Assembly: GCF_051025635.1 (NCBI RefSeq)
Contig: NZ_JBPFDG010000003.1
Location: forward strand, 338,451-362,450
Direction of reading: 5' to 3'
Length of the DNA: 24,000 bases
DNA from: Williamsia sp. MIQD14
Lineage (GTDB): Bacteria > Actinomycetota > Actinomycetes > Mycobacteriales > Mycobacteriaceae
Of this stretch, positions 19,301 through 24,000 are shown piece after piece (the first letter of the stretch is position 1; the number at the start of each line of letters is the position of its first letter). Position numbers and translations under genes: made by a program. The notes beneath the pieces were generated by a model. It saw nothing but the letters and a program-made list of their open reading frames with translations, did no database searches and was not told the origin of the DNA.

Positions 19301-20390
19301 GTGTTCCGACGGCCTCGGCGAACATCGCGGCGACCGCGGTCGCCGGTGTGACGCCGTGTGCGTGGGCGTGGGTCTCGAGGCGCTCGCGATCGGCCGCGTC
19401 GATGACGTGGTGCAGCCGCACCGTCGTGGCGCCGCCGTCCGCGCCGGAACCGGTCGGGTCGGTACGCGGCAGCTCCGGTGGTCCGGGGAGGTCGTCGAGA
19501 CGCGCCCGCCACCAGGCGATGTCGGCGTCGCGGGCCGGCCGCGACGCGCGTGCCGCCGACAGGGTGCGGAAGTCGGTGCCCAGCGGGGTCAACTGCTCGC
19601 CGCGGTGGAGGCGGGCCAGGTCGTCGACGAGGACGCGGAAGCTCATGGCGTCGGCCGCGATCATGTCGACGTCGAGATGTACCCGGGTGCGGCCCCGGGG
19701 TAACAGGGTGAGCTCGACGCGGATCACCTGACCGTCCTCGACCGGCAGCATCGCGTGGGTGTTGGCCCGGCGCTGCTGCGTGAGGAACTCCCCGACCGCC
19801 TGCTCGGACCGGCGTCGGAGGTCGTGGACGCGCACGGCCTCCGGGTGTGCATCGCCGACGCGCTGGGTGCCGTCGGGTGCCACCGCCACGCGCGTCATCG
19901 GATGCCGCGCGAGGAGAGCGGCGACGGAGGCTCGGAAGCGGTCCGGATCGATTGCCGTGCCGTCGAACTCGACGTACAGGTGTGCGGCGACACCGCCGAG
20001 GTCGTGGCTGTCGGAGCGGCCGACCCAGTACGCGTGCTGCATGGGGGCGAGCGGAAACGGCGAGTCGTCATCGGCGGCCGCGTCGGTGGGATGCACGTCG
20101 CCGCGTCGCGGTTCGTTCGCCTCGGCCACGCCCGTGTCGGGGCCCGGTCGGTCGAGCAGACGCGACCACGCCACGATCGTCGGCTCCTGCGCCAGTCGCG
20201 CGAAGTCGATGTCGTACCCGCGTTTGCGCCACTGACCTGCGAGCCGCATCATCCGCAGCGAATCGAGCCCCTGCGCGATGAGGTCGCTCTGCGGATCGAG
20301 ATCGGCCGGGTCGACGCCGAGTGCCGCTCCGACCGCCGACACCACGTCGGTCGACGCGCCCTCCGTCGACACCGCTGTATCGACCACCAT
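16302..20390 (-). CDS. Non-ribosomal peptide synthetase, ArCP-Cy-A-PCP-GNAT (IucB/MbtK-like N-acyltransferase) architecture
   Basis: 1362 aa. SD 'GAAGGGGAG' precedes ATG 20390. ArCP: aa ~10-78, '[12 protein letters not shown]', Ser44 (nt 20157-20363). Cy domain: aa ~110-530, '[15 protein letters not shown]' and DxxxxDxxS 'DMIAADAMS' at 19641-19667. A domain: aa ~575-1040, '[17 protein letters not shown]', 'FDLSVFDVF', 'GLGGTTE', '[14 protein letters not shown]', 'YRTGDVARY', '[14 protein letters not shown]', 'NGKLDR'. PCP: aa ~1055-1130, '[11 protein letters not shown]', Ser1090. C-terminal aa ~1175-1355 (nt 16326-16868): '[15 protein letters not shown]' and '[17 protein letters not shown]' match MbtK/IucB ('RRIMFDPDHRNTATRRL' in MbtK as recalled). 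No TE or reductase domain. Confidence 0.9.
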   Translation of the reverse strand: MVVDTAVSTEGASTDVVSAVGAALGVDPADLDPQSDLIAQGLDSLRMMRLAGQWRKRGYDIDFARLAQEPTIVAWSRLLDRPGPDTGVAEANEPRRGDVHPTDAAADDDSPFPLAPMQHAYWVGRSDSHDLGGVAAHLYVEFDGTAIDPDRFRASVAALLARHPMTRVAVAPDGTQRVGDAHPEAVRVHDLRRRSEQAVGEFLTQQRRANTHAMLPVEDGQVIRVELTLLPRGRTRVHLDVDMIAADAMSFRVLVDDLARLHRGEQLTPLGTDFRTLSAARASRPARDADIAWWRARLDDLPGPPELPRTDPTGSGADGGATTVRLHHVIDAADRERLETHAHAHGVTPATAVAAMFAEAVGTHSATSRFLLTVPLFDRDATHADVDRVVGDFTSSIVVAVDLTAERTLVERAVDMRAAMHDAAAHGTVSGLDVLRDLSRRRGEPVVSPVVFTSALGLGELFSPAVTEVFGTPSWIVSQGPQVLLDAQVTEIDGGLLLNWDVRASDLDPAVAQSMFDHYVTLLDLLVIGDWGRPAPSSVPSEVIAERHAVEHPLPDTDIFDGTLHRGILDRSASRADTAALVDDESNWTHGELADRARRVAGALRAAGVGAGDTVVVTMPKGAPQIVAAIGVLAAGATYVPISLSQPADRRDRIVAVATPSAVLTDRPDRVSDTAIEVVVFDDTSSAAPLDPSDDPSGPDSLAYILFTSGSTGTPKGVEVPHRAAVATLTDLTDRYELDASDRALMVSSLEFDLSVFDVFALLAVGGSVVVGDDDPTTRVDSWARALHEASVTVLNCVPTVLGMLLDITDMPASLRVVLTGGDRVEVGHLRRIAEQVPGVRAAGLGGTTETAIHSTVCELADVGEDSGFVPYGTPLRGVRCRVVDAIGRDRPDFVPGELWIGGDGVAAGYRGDTDRTAERFVEVDDVRWYRTGDVARYLPGAFLDFLGRDDHMVKIRGHRVELGEVEAALLRLEQVSAAVAWTDGRDLRAAVTGPTTETSEPPRLVADLGALLPAHMIPRSITVVDRLPLTANGKLDRARIAEQFDDAGSSASIAPRTPVEKALVTVLETILDTRPIGVTDEFVALGGDSVLATRFVAEIRRWLAVPGAAASVTVADVFTRRSVAGVATRLDELHGAAITEVAEVMLDVLGLSAGEVASELDRADSDPDTTDREITHRRIDLDTDVDLVHRWLTHPKSHFWDMSSATREEVVALITHADATGFGMRLGVVGVGGDEDRVGGVGAEPQFLFELYEPLSSELADAGTGYVHSPGDVGMHLLVAPTDTPVAGFTEAVMRHIMRTAFTEAGARRVVVEPDVRNTAVHRLNDLVGFRVAGDHPVGAKTARLSYCTAEDFAATETATR

Positions 20391-20424
20391 GGTGACTCCC
20401 CTTCGTTGTCGGCTCCCGTCGAAC

Positions 20425-20448
20425 TTAGGTTAGGTTAGGCTTAATATA
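20425..20448. promoter_or_regulatory. IdeR/DtxR-type iron box(es) in the divergent NRPS / FAAL promoter region
   Basis: TTAGGTTAGGTTAGGCTTAATATA contains three tandem TTAGG pentamers. Two overlapping 19-mers (20425-20443 and 20430-20448) each match TWAGGTWAGSCTWACCTWA at 16/19 (hand count). The site overlaps a -10-like TAATAT (20442-20447). It is 35 nt from the NRPS start and 33 nt from the FAAL start. Confidence 0.65.
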
Positions 20449-20480
20449 CAAACGGCGGGGATGCGGAGAGGTGTACGTCG

Positions 20481-22160
20481 ATGTCAGTTGTTCCGACCGA
20501 TCGCGAAGTGGCACAGCATGATCGGCGTGGTGGCGACAGCGGCCGTCGGGATTGGGCCGGACTGATCGACACGGCGATCAGCGAGAGCGACGCGGTGTTG
20601 TCGGCTTTCGACGTGTCCACCGAGCAGTGGGTGCAGCGGCCGTGGCGGGCGATCCGGGAGCGCGCGATAGAGATCGCGACCTGGATCGACGCCACCCGAG
20701 GTGGGCGTCCGGCGGGGGCGGCCGTCGGACTGATCGGCGATCCAGGTCCCGACCTGGTCGCCGCGGTGCATGCGTCGTGGCTGTCGGGATCGGCCGTCTC
20801 GATCCTCCCCGGACCGGTGCGCGGGGCCGACGACGCGCGGTGGGCGGTGGGCACCGCGGCACGCTTCGCCGGGATCGGGGTCGACATCGTGCTGGGATCC
20901 GGCCCCCACCTCGAGGCGCTGATCGCGGTCGACTGTGCGCTGCACATCGAGCACGTCGACCTCGTCGGTGTCGGCATCGACACCGGCGCCCACCGTCCGG
21001 TCGGTCTCATCGGCGATGCGCCGGCGATCCTGCAGGGGACCGCCGGATCCACCGGCGACCCGAAGACGGCGGTGCTCACCGCCGACGCGGTCGCCAAGAA
21101 CACCGCGGCGCTGGTCGACCGTCTACGCCTCGACGCCGCCGACGACATCGGTCTGAGCTGGTTGCCGCTCTACCACGACATGGGACTGACGTTCCTCGTC
21201 GCCGGGATGTACACCGGTATCCCACTGTGGATCGCGCCGAACTCGGCCTTCGCCGCGTCGCCGTTCCGGTGGCCGCAGTGGCTCACCGACTCGTCCGCGA
21301 CCATCACCGCGGCCCCGAATTTCGCCTACGACATCGTCGGTCGCTACGGCCGACTGTTGGCGGGTGCCGATCTGTCCCGCCTCCGGGTCGCGCTCAGCGG
21401 CGGCGAACCCATCGATCCCGATGCCTTCGATCGCTTCCTCGCCCACGCGTCGGCGGTCGGATTCGATCCGTCCGCCGCGACACCGGCCTACGGCATGGCG
21501 GAATCGGTCTGCGCGGTCACGGTTCCCGCACCGGCCGAGGGTGCACGCTACGACGCGGTGAGCGTGCGAGGTGACGACGGGACGACCATCGAGCGGCGCT
21601 ACCCGCTGCTCGGCGAACCGTTGGAGGGCATGGAGATCCGTGTCGTGGCCTCCGATGTCGAGGTGCCGGCGATCGACGGACGCGACGTCGGGGGTGTGGA
21701 GATCCGCGGAACCTCGATGATGTCGGGCTATCTCGGGCACCCGCCGGTGCAGCCCGGCGACTGGTTTCCGACCGGCGACCTCGGATACCTCGTCGACGGC
21801 CGACTCGTCATCTGCGGTCGGGCGAAAGAGATCGTCATCGTCGCCGGTCGCAACCTGTTCCCCGTGGAGATCGAGCGTGCGGCCGCCGGGGTCGACGGCG
21901 TCCGACGCGGAGGGGTGGTCGCCGTGTCTCGGGGGTCGGGACGTCCCGGACTCGTGGTCGTCGCCGAGACCCGCACCTCGCCTGCCGAATTGCCACGGTT
22001 GCGCGCCGCGGTGATGTCGGCGGTGGCCTCCGACTGCGGGGTGGTCCCCACCGACGTGGTGTTCACCGCCCCCGGGTCGGTGCCGCGCACGACCTCGGGC
22101 AAGCTCCGCCGCCTCGCGACCCGCGAACTCGTCGAGTCGGGGGCGTGGGCGTGGGCGTGA
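20481..22160 (+). CDS. Fatty acyl-AMP ligase / acyl-CoA synthetase family (FAAL, MbtM/FadD33-like)
   Basis: 559 aa. '[14 protein letters not shown]' (AMP-binding core), '[11 protein letters not shown]' (typical of actinobacterial FAALs), 'YGMAES', 'FPTGDLGY', '[20 protein letters not shown]', 'TSGKLRR'. SD-like 'GGAGAGG' lies upstream of ATG 20481. Confidence 0.85.
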   Translation: MSVVPTDREVAQHDRRGGDSGRRDWAGLIDTAISESDAVLSAFDVSTEQWVQRPWRAIRERAIEIATWIDATRGGRPAGAAVGLIGDPGPDLVAAVHASWLSGSAVSILPGPVRGADDARWAVGTAARFAGIGVDIVLGSGPHLEALIAVDCALHIEHVDLVGVGIDTGAHRPVGLIGDAPAILQGTAGSTGDPKTAVLTADAVAKNTAALVDRLRLDAADDIGLSWLPLYHDMGLTFLVAGMYTGIPLWIAPNSAFAASPFRWPQWLTDSSATITAAPNFAYDIVGRYGRLLAGADLSRLRVALSGGEPIDPDAFDRFLAHASAVGFDPSAATPAYGMAESVCAVTVPAPAEGARYDAVSVRGDDGTTIERRYPLLGEPLEGMEIRVVASDVEVPAIDGRDVGGVEIRGTSMMSGYLGHPPVQPGDWFPTGDLGYLVDGRLVICGRAKEIVIVAGRNLFPVEIERAAAGVDGVRRGGVVAVSRGSGRPGLVVVAETRTSPAELPRLRAAVMSAVASDCGVVPTDVVFTAPGSVPRTTSGKLRRLATRELVESGAWAWA

Positions 22161-23317
22161 CCGTCGTCGCGCCCACCGGCACCTACCAGCACCTGCTCGA
22201 CCGGGTCTTCGACGACGAACTGCGCGGGTGGGTCGACGAGGCGGAGGCCACGGCGCACTTCCCGCGCCGGCTCATCGAGAGACTGGGCGCCGCAGGTGTG
22301 TTCGCCGAGAAGTGGGGTACCGCGACGACCCCCGACATCGACAGGCTGGTGGCGCTGTCGTTCGCGCTCGGCCGGCTGGGGTCGGCGGGCATCGGGGTCG
22401 GGGTCAGTCTGCACGATTCGGCGATCGCGATCCTGCGCCGCTTCGGTGGCCGTTCGGAGACGCTGCGGGAGGTGGCGCAGGCGGCCATCGCGGGTGAGGC
22501 CATCCTGTGTCTCGCGGCGTCGGAGTCGTCGGGTGGGTCGGACCTCCAGATCGCGCAGACCTCGATCACGAGGCAGGACAATGGGTTCTGGGTGCGTGGC
22601 GACAAGAAGTTCGTCTCGCTGTCGCCGATCGCCGACCACATCCTGGTCGTCGCCCGCGACTCCTCGGCCGACGGCTCGACGTCCCACGGCAACGTCGCGC
22701 TCGTCCTGGTGCCGACCCGCGAGGTCACGGTGCACGCGCCGTGGGCCAAGGCCGGCGCCGCCCCGCTCGACACCGCCGCGGTCGAGATCGACACCTGGGT
22801 CCCCGCCGAGAACCTCATCGGCCGTCCCGGAACGGGTCTGGCGATGGTCAGTTGGGGGTTGGCACACGAGCGGCTCTCCATCGCCGGGCAGGTGGCCGCG
22901 GCGTGCGAGATGGTCATGGGCATCACGGTCGCCCGCATGCAGGACCGGACCCAGTTCGGGAGCACGCTCTTCGAGCACCAGGCGCTGCGCCTGCGGATGG
23001 CGGATCTGCATGCGCGCGTGGAGATGCTGCGCCTGTCGCTCACCGGGGTCGCGGCGACGGGGCGCCTCGACGTGCGCACCGCGTCGGCCCTCAAGGTGAC
23101 CGCCGCCCGCCTCGGCGAGGAGGTCATGGGCGAGTGCATGCACATCTTCGGCGGTTCGGGATATCTCCCCGACGAGACGCCCCTGGCCCGATGGTGGAGG
23201 GACATGAAGCTGGCCAGGGTCGGCGGTGGCGCCGATGAGGTGCTGTGGGAGCTCGTCGCCGCAGGGATGCGACCCGACGTCGACGGCTATCGGCGGTTCG
23301 CGGACGCGATCAGCTGA
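22157..23317 (+). CDS. Acyl-CoA/acyl-ACP dehydrogenase (MbtN/FadE14-like)
   Basis: ACAD features: '[14 protein letters not shown]', '[20 protein letters not shown]', 'ERLSIAGQ', '[25 protein letters not shown]', 'FGGSGY'. Start ambiguous among in-frame GTGs at 22145, 22151 and 22157. I chose 22157 because it forms a GTGA overlap with the FAAL stop. Confidence 0.85.
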   Translation: MTVVAPTGTYQHLLDRVFDDELRGWVDEAEATAHFPRRLIERLGAAGVFAEKWGTATTPDIDRLVALSFALGRLGSAGIGVGVSLHDSAIAILRRFGGRSETLREVAQAAIAGEAILCLAASESSGGSDLQIAQTSITRQDNGFWVRGDKKFVSLSPIADHILVVARDSSADGSTSHGNVALVLVPTREVTVHAPWAKAGAAPLDTAAVEIDTWVPAENLIGRPGTGLAMVSWGLAHERLSIAGQVAAACEMVMGITVARMQDRTQFGSTLFEHQALRLRMADLHARVEMLRLSLTGVAATGRLDVRTASALKVTAARLGEEVMGECMHIFGGSGYLPDETPLARWWRDMKLARVGGGADEVLWELVAAGMRPDVDGYRRFADAIS

Positions 23318-23332
23318 CCCGCGTTTGGCGAT

Positions 23333-23351
23333 TGAGGTTAGCCTCACCTAT
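23333..23351. promoter_or_regulatory. IdeR/DtxR-type iron box upstream of the membrane-anchored protein gene
   Basis: TGAGGTTAGCCTCACCTAT matches TWAGGTWAGSCTWACCTWA at 16/19. Its core AGGTTAG-C-CTCACCT is a near-perfect palindrome. It overlaps a -10-like TATATT (23349-23354) and lies 56 nt upstream of ATG 23407. Confidence 0.65.
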
Positions 23352-23406
23352 ATTCTGAGCACACCGCGGGCGACATCACCCGCACCGCGACGAGGAGACC
23401 ACACGA

Positions 23407-24000
23407 CATGACCCAGGGCGATCCCTACTCGCGTGACACCCAGGGGGCCGAGCACCACGAGGCCACCGCGACCCCGTCGTCGACGCGGACCTCGTCGGTG
23501 AACCTGCCCACCGTGCTCGCCTCCGCCGGTGTCGCTGCGGTCGTCTCGGCCGTCATCGTCACGATCGGCGTGGTGGGACTGGTGATCTCGGGCGACATCG
23601 ACGGTGCGCCGAGTGTATCGGCGCAGACGCCGACCGTCGTCAATCTCGGTGCCGCCCAGTCCGGACTCACCCAGCAACCCGTCGCGCAGGCGGCCCCGCA
23701 GTCCGCTGTACCCGCCGCGTCGGCGACGCCCGGCGCTCCCGCGGGCGCCGCCCCGGCCGCCGAGCAGGTTCCCGAGAGCGGCGGCGGCGCGGGAGCGGGA
23801 ACGGCGCCGGTCGCCACCGCAGCCCCCTCTGCGGCCCAGCCGGCGGCGCCGCAGCAGGCCGCGCCCGCCACTCCTGTCGCCGCACCGCAGGCCCTCACCG
23901 CCGGCCAGCTCAACACCAAGGTCCGGATCCTCATGAACACCGGCGCCTCGCGCGCCGCCCGCGCCGACGAACTACAGTCCGGCGCCAGGGGTCTCGGGTC
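23407..24000 (+). CDS. Hypothetical membrane-anchored protein with an Ala/Pro/Gln-rich linker, partial (continues past the right edge)
   Basis: Open-ended, so absent from the ORF track. Hand translation: MTQGDPYSRDTQGAEHHEATATPSSTRTSSVNLPTVLASAGVAAVVSAVIVTIGVVGLVISGD..., with a single TM helix. This is followed by an Ala/Pro/Gln-rich low-complexity segment and '...LTAGQLNTKVRILMNTGASRAARADELQSGARGLG'. No stop through 24000. Confidence 0.6.

Noticed and set aside
17514-19703. 729-aa + strand ORF, with the 571-aa (17797-19512) and other - strand off-frame ORFs, inside the NRPS gene
   Set aside because: They overlap the NRPS reading frame, which carries ordered Cy, A and PCP core motifs. Their own sequences are low-complexity Arg/Gly/Asp-rich.
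22145-22160. Tandem GTGGGC GTGGGC GTG at the FAAL/ACAD junction
   Set aside because: It is too short to be a meaningful repeat. It matters only because it creates three alternative in-frame GTG starts for the dehydrogenase.
21728-23347. 539-aa - strand ORF across the FAAL/ACAD junction
   Set aside because: Shadow ORF. The + strand frames contain AMP-binding and ACAD core motifs.
23640-23900. Repetitive-looking GC-rich stretch, checked as a possible tandem repeat or CRISPR-like array
   Set aside because: It is the Ala/Pro/Gln-rich low-complexity coding region of the membrane-anchored protein. There is no regular repeat-spacer periodicity.

Overview
High-G+C actinobacterial DNA. Typical 60-nt lines hand-count to about 70% G+C. 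MbtA/MbtI/MbtK-like proteins and IdeR-type iron boxes suggest a Mycobacteriales-type genome (inference). Nearly the whole window is one iron-regulated siderophore biosynthetic cluster in three translationally coupled operons.

Operon A (+, 327-5865): salicylate synthase, a DrrAB-like ABC-2 exporter (ATPase plus two permeases), a stand-alone carrier protein and a WS/DGAT-family acyltransferase.

Operon B (-, 20390 down to 7760): an NRPS with architecture ArCP-Cy-A-PCP-GNAT, an IucA/IucC NIS synthetase, a penicillin-amidase-family Ntn acylase, a condensation-domain::PLP-decarboxylase fusion and an IucD/DesB-type N-hydroxylase.

Operon C (+, 20481-23317): a fatty acyl-AMP ligase and an acyl-CoA/ACP dehydrogenase.

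A partial MbtA-like salicyl-AMP ligase runs off the left edge. A partial membrane-anchored Ala/Pro-rich protein runs off the right edge. Each of the three promoter regions carries an IdeR/DtxR-like iron box.

Two things stand out. First, the cluster mixes mycobactin-like aryl-cap and lipid-tail logic with desferrioxamine/aerobactin-like NIS logic, and it contains two unusual domain fusions. Second, a ~1.9 kb low-G+C insertion (5866-7759) sits between the convergent ends of operons A and B and carries an orphan 330-aa gene I cannot assign to any family.

I found no rRNA, tRNA, CRISPR array, transposase or integrase. Many long antisense ORFs in the track are high-G+C shadow ORFs.
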